Assembly (NCBI GenBank): GCA_963823335.1
Contig: CAWGLD010000005.1
Location: 434,831 to 498,830 of the forward strand
Reading direction: 5' to 3'
DNA length: 64,000 nucleotides
Origin: an uncultured delta proteobacterium
Lineage (GTDB): Bacteria; Desulfobacterota; Desulfobacteria; Desulfobacterales; B30-G6
Shown here: positions 1 through 10,167 of the stretch, piece by piece
Layout of the letters: every line of letters starts with the position of its first letter
How positions within the stretch are numbered: the stretch's first letter is position 1
Program-made: the position numbers and the translations under genes
The notes under the pieces: generated by a model
Databases searched by the model: none
The model's input: the letters and a program-made list of their open reading frames with translations, nothing else
Told to the model about the DNA's origin: nothing

Positions 1-674
1 TCTGACAGGGTTCGATTTTGAAAGTGCTGAATGAGCTGCTCCTTATCTATGATGGCAATGAGGGGGCTGTAAATCGTCTCATACCAATCTTGTGCCGAGT
101 CTTTCTTGGAAACCTTTCTGCCCGTGATCCGCCAGAGATAGTCCTGGTGCTTTTTGATTTGCTCCTCGAGATAGTCATACTGGCCTAATTCCGTCAGGTC
201 GATGGTCTGTGACAAGCCTGTATTCTCCTGAAAAACAGATCGTTGTCGATAGAGAATGTTTTCGAGTGTCTTTTTTGACGGAATAAACTCGACAATATCT
301 GCCCGGATTGTTTCGTGGCCGAATTCTTTGGCTGCTGAAACCCGGTGATTGCCGTCCAGAACATAAAAATCATCCTTGATCTGATACAGTTTGACGGGTG
401 GCAGTCGTTTTCCCCTCCGCATGGAAGCCTTGATGTTTTCAAGTCGCTCCGATGGAATATGCTTTTTAATCCGAAAGTGGTTGTCGAAATCCTGATAACG
501 TCCTACGCTGCCCGTAATCTGTTTTAGTGGAACAGAGCAACTACCACGAATAACCGTGTCAAAAGCGCCTTCAGTGATCTGGTCTTCCTTGAAGTTTTTG
601 GTCTCCTGCGGATTTGCTGGTGGAAGATGGTCTGATATTTCCGGAGTGCGTTTCTTTCTAAATATTGATTTCAA
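1..674 (-). CDS. ParB/sulfiredoxin-like domain protein (DUF4032-type), 3'-truncated by the window edge
   Basis: Not in the ORF track; read by hand. An open frame runs from TTG at 674 to the window edge: ...PLKQITGSVGRYQDFDNHF...RLPPVKLYQIKDDFYVLDGNHRVSAAK..., containing the ParB-like DGxHR motif. Overlaps the stop of the upstream phosphoesterase. Confidence 0.75.
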   Translation of the reverse strand, partial: MKSIFRKKRTPEISDHLPPANPQETKNFKEDQITEGAFDTVIRGSCSVPLKQITGSVGRYQDFDNHFRIKKHIPSERLENIKASMRRGKRLPPVKLYQIKDDFYVLDGNHRVSAAKEFGHETIRADIVEFIPSKKTLENILYRQRSVFQENTGLSQTIDLTELGQYDYLEEQIKKHQDYLWRITGRKVSKKDSAQDWYETIYSPLIAIIDKEQLIQHFQNRTLS

Positions 675-1326
675 GAATCGTGTAGCCATAGCTGTTAACG
701 ACCTTTGTATTATCGATGTTTGTTACCCTGTCTGAAAAATTGTCAAAATGTGCATGAATATGGCCGTGGATAAAATATTTTGGTGCATAACGATTGATAA
801 GCCAGTTGAAACTTTTAAATCCCTTGTGGCAGCGATCTTCTGCGTCATGCACATGCCTTGGCGGGGCGTGTGAGACAACTACGTCAACGCCATTTTTCCA
901 CCACAGACCTATCTTTAATCTGCGAACAATCCGACGCATTTGTCGTTCGCTATATTGATTCGGACCACCGTTGTACCATCGGGATCCTTCAAGCCCTAGA
1001 ATTTTAACACCCTTGAACTGAACCAGCCTTCCATGGATGTTAACGCATCCATCGGGTGGTTTGAGATCGTAACGGATATCATGGTTGCCTTTTATGAAAT
1101 AAAGCGGTGCCTGAATCCGGTTGGATATCGTTGTCAAGTATTCGGGCGGCAGGTCTCCGCAGGAGAGTATCAGATCGATCTCAGAAAAATGGTTCGGGTC
1201 GAAGGAATCATTGAGAATCGGTTCAACACGATCTGAAACAGTCAAAATTTTCATACATTTATTATTGTTACGTCTGGTCGCCATGTCACTATCCCGAAAG
1301 TTCATGCGTTTATAAAACATTACCAT
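658..1326 (-). CDS. Metallophosphoesterase (calcineurin-like); likely true start at 1254 (MKILTVSD)
   Basis: Motifs SD, CGDL, GNHD, SHAPP, HGHIH. Confidence 0.88.
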   Translation of the reverse strand: MVMFYKRMNFRDSDMATRRNNNKCMKILTVSDRVEPILNDSFDPNHFSEIDLILSCGDLPPEYLTTISNRIQAPLYFIKGNHDIRYDLKPPDGCVNIHGRLVQFKGVKILGLEGSRWYNGGPNQYSERQMRRIVRRLKIGLWWKNGVDVVVSHAPPRHVHDAEDRCHKGFKSFNWLINRYAPKYFIHGHIHAHFDNFSDRVTNIDNTKVVNSYGYTILEINI

Positions 1327-1393
1327 AAGTAAAGCCTCCTTGGCGACACATATTTGATGTATGGGTTCAGAACCTATGCGGATGATATTTTTC

Positions 1394-1422
1394 TTGACAA
1401 ATTCAGGGGAACCGCTTAAAAA
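1394..1422 (+). promoter_or_regulatory. Possible sigma70 promoter for the bam operon
   Basis: TTGACA-N17-TAAAAA about 210 nt upstream of bamB; the -10 match is weak. Confidence 0.3.
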
Positions 1423-1630
1423 GCTTTAATATAATTATAATATAGCTGGTTTGTAGCCATTAAACGCTTGCGGATTGAAGAGCAAGCTGCACCGAATATT
1501 TTGCCTGACGGCAACGCTTTGAAACCCGGTAAGGGTTTTCGCTATCTGATTGCGCTTGTAAATCCCGTAATAAGCTAGGGGGAGTACACCCGCTCTTACC
1601 GGTTCAAGTAAATATAGAAGGGGAAAAGAA

Positions 1631-3622
1631 ATGAGGTACGCAGAGACGGGCTTTAATTTAGAGGTGGATCTCACCAGGGGAAATATAGAGAGGGTTCCAA
1701 CAGACCCAAAAGACACGGCGCTTTATCTGGGGGGCCTGGGTACGAATGCCAAGATATTATGGGATAGGGTTCCTCCGGAAGTTGAACCCTTTTCCCCGGA
1801 CAATCTACTTATATTTGCAGCAGGCTTATTATGTGGCACACCTGCTACCGGATGTAATCGTACCATTGTATCAACGATCTCTCCCCAGACCAGGTTGATG
1901 GCATTTTCAATGATGGGCGGATTTTGGGCACCAGAGCTGAAATATGCCGGTTATGACAAAGTGATTCTTCGCGGTAAGTCAAAAGACCTGGTATATTTAT
2001 GGATACATAATGACAAAGTAGAAATACGTGATGCCTCTCATTTGCAAGGTAAAGGCTCTAATGAGACAGCAGAACTTATAAAAAAGGAATTGAAGCAACC
2101 TAAAGCTCAGGTGGCGGCCATTGGTCTGGCTGGTGAGAACAGGGTCTATTTTGCTTCCATCGAGCAGGGGCGGTCCAGTGCCAGTCGTGGGGGAATCGGG
2201 GCCGTAATGGGAGACAAAGGGGTAAAGGCAATCGTTGTCCGGGGAACAAATGATATTAGCGTCGCCCAACCTGCAGAATACATGGCACTTTGCAACGAAG
2301 TACTGGAATATATCAAATTCCGAGAAAAAAACCCCATTCCCGGTGTTATCCCCATTTTATCTGTACTTGGATCACCTCAGGAGATGGCGATTCATGATGA
2401 GAAGTGGCACACAGAAAATTTTTCCTGGGGAAACTCCCGAGTTCGCAGAAAAGATTTTTGGAACGATGACATCGCTGAAGAGTGGAAGGAAACATTGCAT
2501 AATGCGCGGACACGACTGATAAGCTGCCATAACTGCCCGATGAAATGCGGGGCGACACTTTCCATGCCCGGGCTTCCGACCTACATGATGAAGTGCTTTA
2601 CGAAACTCACTTATACCATGGCGGCCATGTCAAACCTGGAGTTTGGCTTAACCATCGCACAACGCGCTACGGAATATGGTGTGGACGGATACTCAGCACC
2701 GCAAGTGATGGCCTTTGCTTTGGAGCTTTATGAAGCGGGTATCTTTACAGATAATGACCTGGAAGGGATGCCGTCCAAAACCGAAGACAGATTTTTCTGG
2801 TTGCTTGACAAGATTGTTCGCCGGGAAGGTGTCGGTGATGTATTGGCAAATGGCACTTACTGGGCTGCCAAAGAAATCGGTAAGGGTGCTGAAGAATATG
2901 CACACAACAATATTAAGAAACATGAGCAGCTGCCGCTCAAGCTAGGCATGCTGAACCCCATCTATTTCCTGATGTATTGTACAGGAGAAAAAATAAATAT
3001 TACCCAGATTGAAGGGCAGTTTCCCCAAGGGCCTTTTCCCAAAAGAGAACACAGAGAAAAGTTTGTAAAGGATTGGTTCCAAGTCCCTGATGATAGATTC
3101 AAGCAGTATTTTCTGGACTGGGAACCCCGCGGAGAGAACTCGATGCCATATTATCCTACAGTTGAAATGACGTGTGACATCGTCGACTGGATGGAGAGAA
3201 TGCACTACATCGATGATGCCCTGGGTATGTGCGCCGGTCTGTCATCATTTCATCTGAAACCTCCCTATCATATTCACAATTATCCGAAATTTATCTCCGC
3301 CGGTGCCGGGATTGATATGGATGAAGATAAACTGACTCAGGCCGCCAAGCGGTACCGCACGTTAATTCGAGCCATCAATATCAGAAGAGGTATGCGGAGG
3401 AAAGATGAGAGACCGCCCGAAGACCACTGGAAGAAAAGAATCCCAGAACTTGAAAAAGAGCTCCTCGATACCTATTACCAATACAAAGGCTGGAATATCG
3501 AGGGGATTCCTACCAAAGCGTCCTTACATGAAATGGGTCTGGATTATGTGAGTGAAGACTTTTTAAAAAGAGGAATTTTGACGGATACTGCCGAGGATTC
3601 TTCTCAGGATGAAATAAAGTAA
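1631..3622 (+). CDS. bamB: Class II benzoyl-CoA reductase, tungsten-pterin active-site subunit (AOR family)
   Basis: N-terminus MRYAETG..EVDLTRGNIERV..YLGGLGTNAKILWDRVPPEVEPFSP, plus HDEKWHTENF and YMMKCFTKLTY, match the BamB subfamily; bamC-I follow in canonical order. Confidence 0.95.
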   Translation: MRYAETGFNLEVDLTRGNIERVPTDPKDTALYLGGLGTNAKILWDRVPPEVEPFSPDNLLIFAAGLLCGTPATGCNRTIVSTISPQTRLMAFSMMGGFWAPELKYAGYDKVILRGKSKDLVYLWIHNDKVEIRDASHLQGKGSNETAELIKKELKQPKAQVAAIGLAGENRVYFASIEQGRSSASRGGIGAVMGDKGVKAIVVRGTNDISVAQPAEYMALCNEVLEYIKFREKNPIPGVIPILSVLGSPQEMAIHDEKWHTENFSWGNSRVRRKDFWNDDIAEEWKETLHNARTRLISCHNCPMKCGATLSMPGLPTYMMKCFTKLTYTMAAMSNLEFGLTIAQRATEYGVDGYSAPQVMAFALELYEAGIFTDNDLEGMPSKTEDRFFWLLDKIVRREGVGDVLANGTYWAAKEIGKGAEEYAHNNIKKHEQLPLKLGMLNPIYFLMYCTGEKINITQIEGQFPQGPFPKREHREKFVKDWFQVPDDRFKQYFLDWEPRGENSMPYYPTVEMTCDIVDWMERMHYIDDALGMCAGLSSFHLKPPYHIHNYPKFISAGAGIDMDEDKLTQAAKRYRTLIRAINIRRGMRRKDERPPEDHWKKRIPELEKELLDTYYQYKGWNIEGIPTKASLHEMGLDYVSEDFLKRGILTDTAEDSSQDEIK

Positions 3623-3632
3623 GGGGGAAACC

Positions 3633-4175
3633 GTGACGGGCGACAAGAAAACCAAAACTAAAACGATTAAAACCATAAGGGTTGATGTCGATAAATGCAA
3701 TGGCTGCAAGGCGTGTGAAGTTATCTGCTCTGCGTTTCATGCGGCCCCAAAGTATAGCAGCAACAATCCAGCAAGGTCGCGTATTCGGGTGATTCGTGAA
3801 CCATATACCGATATATATGTACCGGTATATGCGGGTGAATACACACCAGCCGAATGTGCAGGCAGAGACAAGTATACCATCGATGGAAAGGAATATGACG
3901 AATGCGCCTTCTGTCGGGCCTCCTGCCCATCCAGGGACGAGTTCAAAGAACCGGATTCCGGTCTTCCATTGAAATGTGATATGTGTGAAGGCGAAGAAGA
4001 GCCCATGTGTGTAAAATGGTGTCTTGCAGATGCCTTGATTTATGAAGAAAGGCAAGAGGAAGTCCAGGAAGAGCTCGAACAGGAAGAGCTCGAAATCGGG
4101 TTGGAATCACTGGCCGACAAATATGGAATGGACAAGATAATGGATGCTGTATCGCGGATGAAAAAGAAGGTATAG
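3633..4175 (+). CDS. bamC: Class II BCR 4Fe-4S subunit
   Basis: CxxCxxCxxxC at the N-terminus, ECAFCRASCPSR, LKCDMC...CVKWC; directly after bamB. Confidence 0.93.
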   Translation: MTGDKKTKTKTIKTIRVDVDKCNGCKACEVICSAFHAAPKYSSNNPARSRIRVIREPYTDIYVPVYAGEYTPAECAGRDKYTIDGKEYDECAFCRASCPSRDEFKEPDSGLPLKCDMCEGEEEPMCVKWCLADALIYEERQEEVQEELEQEELEIGLESLADKYGMDKIMDAVSRMKKKV

Positions 4176-4240
4176 GATTCTATCGGCCGGGTACAGTCTC
4201 TTAATGGTAAGTATTATGCATTTTGTGAAAGAAAAAATCC

Positions 4241-4378
4241 ATCACGAAAACACGAAACTTTAAAAACACGAAATTAAAAAAAAGGGTTTCACCCATTTGG
4301 AATATTGGGATGATGGAATGGAATTGGATTCAGAAACGAAAGATATTTCGTGGTTTCGGTCTTTCGTGATTTCGTGAT
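4241..4378. repeat. CACGAAA-unit inverted-arm REP-like element, copy 1 (bamC-bamD gap)
   Basis: ATCACGAAAACACGAAA..AACACGAAAT ... ATTTCGTGG.TTCG..TTTCGTGATTTCGTGAT; related copies at 9570-9658 and 14708-14786. Confidence 0.8.
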
Positions 4379-4446
4379 AAAAAACAGTGCTCCTTTCCGG
4401 ATCATCCGGATTGGGTTTCAAGAAAATTAGAGGGAAAATAGCGAAC

Positions 4447-5607
4447 GTGGAGACTGTAGCCCCCTTCAAAGAAGTACTTGATGAGATAAAAGAGGCTGGT
4501 GGAGATGCCTTCAAGTTATGTTTTCAATGCGGATTGTGCGATGTTGTCTGTCCATGGAACAGGGTGAGGCAGTTCAGCATGCGCAAGATAATCCGGGAGG
4601 CCACTTTCGGTTTGACAGAGATAGAAGGTGAAGATATCTGGCGATGTACCACCTGCGGAAGATGTCCTGATCAATGTCCAAGGGGTGTAAAACAGATAGA
4701 GCTTGGCGTTTCTTTACGAAGGGTTGCCACGGAATACGAGGTTTTTCCTAACTCGGTGCGTTCTGCCCGTACAGCCAGAGCAAGTCTTATTTCGGAAGGC
4801 AACCCCTTGCAGGGAGAGGGGAAAAAGCGTGCGGACTGGGCCAAGGACCTGTCGGTAAAAACGTTCAAAGAGGGAATGGATGTTTTGTATTTTGTCGGCT
4901 GTTATCTAAGTTATGACCCAAGAATGAAAAAAGTAGCTGTTGCTACAGTAAATATTCTAAACCAAGCAGGGGTGGCTTTCGGTATTTTAGGTGACAAGGA
5001 AAAGTGCTGTGGAGAGAGTATTCGTAAAACAGGCAGTGAGGATGTTTTCAAAAGCCTGGCCAGGGAGAATATTAAAACGTTCATTGACAATGGCGTAAAA
5101 AAAATCATTGTTTCTTCGCCTCATTGCTACCACACCTTAAAAAACGAGTATCCCGAATTTATGGTAAACTTTGAGGTGGTCCATATTTCCCAATATCTAA
5201 CTGAGCTTTTGGATGAGGGCAGACTTGAACTTTCTGGGACCTATGAGAAGAAAGTTACCTATCATGACCCCTGTTATCTGGGTCGACATAACGACATATA
5301 TAATGAACCCCGGGATATTTTAGATAAAATACCGGGTTTAGAACTAATTGAAATGGTTGATTTTCGCAAAGGCAGTCTCTGTTGCGGCGGGGGAGGGGGA
5401 AGAATTTGGATGGACACGCCAAGGGGAGAAAGATTTTCCGACCTTAGATTGGAACAGGCAAAAGAAGTTGGGGCTGATGTGCTGGTTACCGCCTGTCCAT
5501 ACTGTATCACCAATTTTGAGGAAAGCCGTCTTAACCTTGCCTATGAAGACATTTTGGAGATCAAAGATATTACGGAAATCATCCAGGAAGTAACACGACG
5601 AACCTGA
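4447..5607 (+). CDS. bamD: Class II BCR HdrC/D-like Fe-S subunit with CCG domains
   Basis: Two CxxCxxCxxxC motifs, CCGE and [16 protein letters not shown]. Start placed at GTG 4447 after the AGAGGG RBS (ORF track starts at 4387). Confidence 0.9.
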   Translation: METVAPFKEVLDEIKEAGGDAFKLCFQCGLCDVVCPWNRVRQFSMRKIIREATFGLTEIEGEDIWRCTTCGRCPDQCPRGVKQIELGVSLRRVATEYEVFPNSVRSARTARASLISEGNPLQGEGKKRADWAKDLSVKTFKEGMDVLYFVGCYLSYDPRMKKVAVATVNILNQAGVAFGILGDKEKCCGESIRKTGSEDVFKSLARENIKTFIDNGVKKIIVSSPHCYHTLKNEYPEFMVNFEVVHISQYLTELLDEGRLELSGTYEKKVTYHDPCYLGRHNDIYNEPRDILDKIPGLELIEMVDFRKGSLCCGGGGGRIWMDTPRGERFSDLRLEQAKEVGADVLVTACPYCITNFEESRLNLAYEDILEIKDITEIIQEVTRRT

Positions 5608-5621
5608 CGAGGTGCTATAAA

Positions 5622-8600
5622 GTGGAAAACGAAGTATTGCCAAGAGAAATCGTGCAACAGATATCCGGAAGTCTTGGGGACAGTAATTTTGGAGACGTAC
5701 TGGTTGTTGGGGGAGGAGTCAGCGGTATTCAAGCCTCTCTTGATCTTGCCAGTGCTGGTTTTAAGGTGTATCTGATTGAGAAAGGACCGAGCATTGGTGG
5801 ACATATGGCCCAGCTCGACAAGACCTTTCCAACCAATGACTGCTCCATGTGAATTCTCTCTCCCAAACTGGTCGAGGTCGGCCGGCATCCAAACATAGAG
5901 GTTTTGACATATACCGAAGTTAATGGTGTAGATGGAGAGTCAGGCGATTTCAAAGTGTCCCTGACCCAGAAACCAAGATATATCATTGAGGAAAAATGTA
6001 CGGGTTGTACGACCTGCGTGGAGTATTGTCCGGTTGAGTACCCTGATCACTTCAACCAGGAAATATCGAAGAATAAAGCCGTCCACGTATACTTCTCTCA
6101 GGCAATTCCCCTAATTACCTATATCGATGAAAGCTGTCTTTTCCTTAAAGAGAAAAAATGTGATATCTGCAGAAGCGTTTGCAAGACCGGCGCCATTGAT
6201 TTCAACCAAACAGCGAAGACGTTAGAGGTAAAGGTCGGGGCCATAATTCTGTCAACCGGCATTGAACCTTTTGATCCCAAGGTGAAAGATGAGTATTACT
6301 ACGGTAAGATGGACAATGTGGTCACCAGTATGGACTATGAACGGCTGTTATCCTCCACCGGGCCTTATGAAGGTAAGGTGTTGCGTACTTCCGACCAGAA
6401 ACATCCCCAGAAAATTGCCTGGATTCAATGCGTCGGTTCCAGACGGGTAACCCTGAACGAGAACAGCTATTGTTCAGGTGTTTGCTGTACTTATACGCAG
6501 AAGCAGGTGATTCTGACAAAAGATCATGAAACGGAAACTGCGTGCACCATATTCCATAACGATATTCGTTCACATGGTAAGGATTTTGAACGATACTACC
6601 AAAGAGCGGAGCAGCTTCCCGGGGTCCGGTTTATAAGAAGCTATGCATCGATAATAAGAGAGATCCCGGAAAGCAAAAATGTTGTCGTAAGATACGCGAC
6701 ACCTGACCAGGGTGTCAAAGAAGAAGAATTCGATATGGTGGTATTGTCCGTTGGATTGAATCCATCGGCAGATCATGAGGCACTGGCTGATAAATTTGGA
6801 ATCGAACTCAATTCGCACGGATTTTCCAAATCAACGCATGCCAATCCCATGTCGACCACCCGGCCTGGAATTTTTGTAAGTGGCGCATTTCAGGGGCCAA
6901 CCGATATTCCCGAATCTGTTTTCAGTGCCAGTGCGGCTGGTGCCCAATGTGGTGAATCCCTTGACTACAGGCGTGGGAAACTGGCCAAGGAAAGGATATA
7001 TCCAATTGAAAGGGATGTCTCCCAGGAGGCACCGAAGATAGGCGTCTTTGTGTGTCATTGCGGGGCGAATATCGGCAGCGTGGTCAATGTTCCTTCCACT
7101 GTTGAATATGCCTTAACTTTACCTAATGTTGTTTATGCTCAGGAACAGTTGTTTTCATGTGCCACCAATTCGGCCGAGGAGATCACCAGTCTTGCCAAGG
7201 AGAAAGGGCTCAATCGTGTGGTTATCGGTGCCTGCTCTCCCAGGACCCTCGAACCGTTATTCCGGGACACCCTTCGGGAAGCAGGTTTGAATCAGTACTA
7301 CTGTGATATGGCGAATATCAGGGAACATTGCTCCTGGGTCCACTCCAAGCAAAAGGAAGCCGCAACTGAAAAGGCAAAAGATATCATCCGCATGTCGGTG
7401 GCACGGGCGCGTTATTTGGAGCCATTACAGGAATTTGACCTGCCCGTAAACAAGAGAGCCCTGGTGGTCGGTGGCGGTATAGCCGGTATGACCTGTGCAC
7501 TTTCTATCGCCAGCCAGGGGCATGAAGTTCACCTGGTTGAAAAGGATAAAGACCTGGGGGGAATGGCACGCAGAATTCACACCACCCTGGAAGGAATGGA
7601 TGTTCAAGCCTATTTGAATGATGTGATACGTGCAGTTTATAACAACCCCTTGATACATGTATCCCATGAAGCCACCATCAAGGAAGTTGCCGGTTATGTG
7701 GGGAACTTCATTACCACGCTGGAAACTGAAGGCCGGCTTAAACAGATAAAACACGGTGCTTCCATTATCGCCATTGGTGCTGATGTGTATCAACCTACCG
7801 AGTACTTATACGGTACAAACGATCAGGTTTTCACCCACATCGAGCTGGGCGAACAAATCGCCAAGGGTGAAGAAAAGGTTTTAAATGCCAAGAGTCTGGT
7901 GATGATTCAATGTGTTGGCTGCAGAAATGAGGACAGAAATTACTGTAGCAGGGTATGTTGCAGTCATGCCGTAAAAAATGCCTTGAAACTAAAAGAGCAG
8001 AATCCCAGGATGGACATCTATATCATCTTCCGGGATATGAGAACGTATGGGTTCAGGGAGGATTATTATCGGGAAGCGTCAGAGAAAGAGGTCAGGTTCA
8101 TCCGTTACGAACCGGATGATCCTCCCCAGGTGGAAGCTGTTGAAGAGGGTGGCCGGTCAATTATAAGAGTAACCGTCCCTGATCCCATATTAGGCCAACG
8201 GCTTGAGTTGGACGCCGATGTTCTTTCATTGGCTGCTGCGGTCATTCCCTCCGCATCGACAAAGGAAATGGCCGGATTATTCAAGGTAACATTGAGCCCG
8301 GACAACTTTTTCAAAGAAGCCCATGTCAAATTAAAACCTGTCGAGTTTGCTGCAGACGGCGTGTTCCTTTGTGGGACGGCTCACTATCCCAAGCACATAC
8401 CGGAAACGATTAGCCAGGCTTATGGCGCTGCGGGCCGGGTTTTAACGCTTCTCTCAAAAGATACCGTTGTAGCTTCAGGATCTGTTTGCGAAGTGAATGA
8501 GCACAATTGCGTCTCGTGTGGTGCGTGTATTACCGCTTGCACCTATGATGCCATAGAATTTGTCGATACGCCCAAAGGTCTAAAGGCCTGGGTCAATCCG

Positions 8601-8720
8601 ATTCTTTGTAAGGGGGATGGCGTCTGTAACGCAAAATGTCCCACCAATGCGATTGTGTTAAAGCATTTTACCGATGAAGAGCTAATGAGCCAGATTGATG
8701 CAGCGGCTGAACTGGTATAG
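5622..8720 (+). CDS. bamE: Class II BCR HdrA-like flavoprotein, selenoprotein (UGA at 5850-5852)
   Basis: ORFs 5622..5852 and 5904..8720 are in frame. Read-through gives [28 protein letters not shown], the HdrA motif with Cys replaced by UGA. Two GGG FAD-binding motifs and ferredoxin motifs are present. Confidence 0.92.
5868..5885 (+). promoter_or_regulatory. Bacterial SECIS-like hairpin of bamE
   Basis: CTGGTCG-AGGT-CGGCCGG: 7-bp stem (two G-U pairs) with an AGGU loop, starting 15 nt after the UGA. Confidence 0.75.
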
Positions 8721-8765
8721 ACGTATAAGCCATTTTTGAGACGTTAAACTAGGAGATGAAAATTA

Positions 8766-9533
8766 ATGAGTACAGATGCGCAATTCAATCCAAGGATACT
8801 CGGTTTTGTATGTCATTGGTGAGCATACGGCGCTGCCGACCTGGCTGGAGTTTCCAGACTGCAATATACAAATGAAATCAGGCTTATTCGCGTTATGTGT
8901 TCCGGCAGAGTCGATTTGGAATTTATTCTCAGAGCCTTCTCAAATGGACAAGACGGGGTGTTTATCGGTGGCTGCCGACTAAACGAATGCAATTATGTTA
9001 CGCATGGAAACTACGATGCATTAAGCAACACACATATATGTAGAAAAATAGTGAAGCATATTGGCCTGAACCCGGAAAGGCTGAGTATCGAATTCATGTC
9101 CGGCGCTGATGGGAATCTTCTGGCGGAAGTTACAAATAAATTCACCGAGAAGGTGAGGGCTTTAGGTCCTATTGGCGATGGTGAAGGAATAGACAAAAAC
9201 AGATTGAAGTTCAATCTTGAAGCGCTTAGGAAATTGGTTCCCTACATTAAACTTGTCGAAAGAGAAAAGCTGAGAGTGCCTTTTAAATCAGAAAAAGCAT
9301 ATAATGATTTTTACGAAAGCGACGAGGTCAACAGATTATTCAATGAGATAATCAGTGATAAACTGGCAATAAGCCAAATCATGTTATTGTTGGAAGAAAA
9401 ACCCCTCTCAACGAGCGACATCTCTGAAAAACTAGGTCTAAATCCATCTGAAGTGTCAAAGCATATGAGTCATTCATCCATGCATGGATTGGTGAGATAC
9501 GATGTGAACCGGAATTGCTATGCTATTGCATAG
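8766..9533 (+). CDS. bamF: Class II BCR MvhD-like subunit, selenoprotein (UGA at 8820-8822), with a C-terminal winged-HTH-like extension
   Basis: ATG 8766 after GGAG reads MSTDAQFNPRILGFVCHW-U-AYGAADLAGVSRLQY...RVMCSGRVD, the MvhD CxW(C/U) motif, in frame with ORF 8895..9533. Confidence 0.92.
8845..8857 (+). promoter_or_regulatory. SECIS-like hairpin of bamF
   Basis: CTGGA-GTT-TCCAG (G/U-containing apical loop) 22 nt after the UGA. Confidence 0.6.
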
Positions 9534-9569
9534 GTTTTATGTTTCCGGTGTTAAAACATAAACAATAAG

Positions 9570-9658
9570 ACGAAAACCGGAAAACACGAAATTTAACAAG
9601 GGTAATAATTTTGAGGTGCAATATTTATCGTGGTTTCGTCCTTTCGTGATTTAGCGAT
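9570..9658. repeat. CACGAAA-unit inverted-arm element, copy 2 (bamF-bamG gap)
   Basis: ACGAAAACCGGAAAACACGAAAT ... ATCGTGGTTTCGTCCTTTCGTGATTTAGCGAT. Confidence 0.7.
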
Positions 9659-9705
9659 GAAATCAGCATGACTTAAACATAAAGGTCAGGATTGGGAAAG
9701 CGCTT

Positions 9706-10158
9706 ATGGATATGGATAGAATCGATCAGATTATTGATAAACACCAAGGTGAAGCAAGTTCCTTAATTCAAATATTACTGGATATTCAAAGCGAAAACCA
9801 CTGGCTTCCCAAAGAAGCGTTGGAAAGAGTCCGCGAAAAGCTTGACGTTCCTACTAGCCGGATACAGCATATCGCCACCTTTTATAAGGCCTTCAGTTTG
9901 GTTCCAAAAGGACGCCACGAAGTTCATATTTGTGTGGGTACTGCCTGCCATGTTCGCGGTGCGACACGCATCCTCGACACGGTGGAAGAAGCAACTGGAA
10001 TCAAATCCGGAGAAACCGACCTGGATTTGAAATTTAGCCTGGAAACGGTTAATTGTCTCGGTTGCTGTGCCTTAGGTCCCGTATTGGAAGTCGATGGCAA
10101 GGTTCATGGTAAGATGTCGCCGGTCAAAACAGCCGATGTATTAAAAAATTATACGTAG
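9706..10158 (+). CDS. bamG: Class II BCR NuoE-like 2Fe-2S subunit
   Basis: ATFY, CVGTAC, CLGCC motifs. Confidence 0.92.
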   Translation: MDMDRIDQIIDKHQGEASSLIQILLDIQSENHWLPKEALERVREKLDVPTSRIQHIATFYKAFSLVPKGRHEVHICVGTACHVRGATRILDTVEEATGIKSGETDLDLKFSLETVNCLGCCALGPVLEVDGKVHGKMSPVKTADVLKNYT

Positions 10159-10167
10159 GGGAGAATT

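Noticed and set aside
1631-3622. Generic aldehyde:ferredoxin oxidoreductase, and nuoEFG of complex I for 9706-12683
   Set aside because: BamB-type sequence and the complete bamB-I order; no membrane nuo genes.
5622-5904. bamE as a split gene or pseudogene
   Set aside because: The stop is UGA at a conserved Cys, the frame is continuous, and a SECIS-like hairpin follows.
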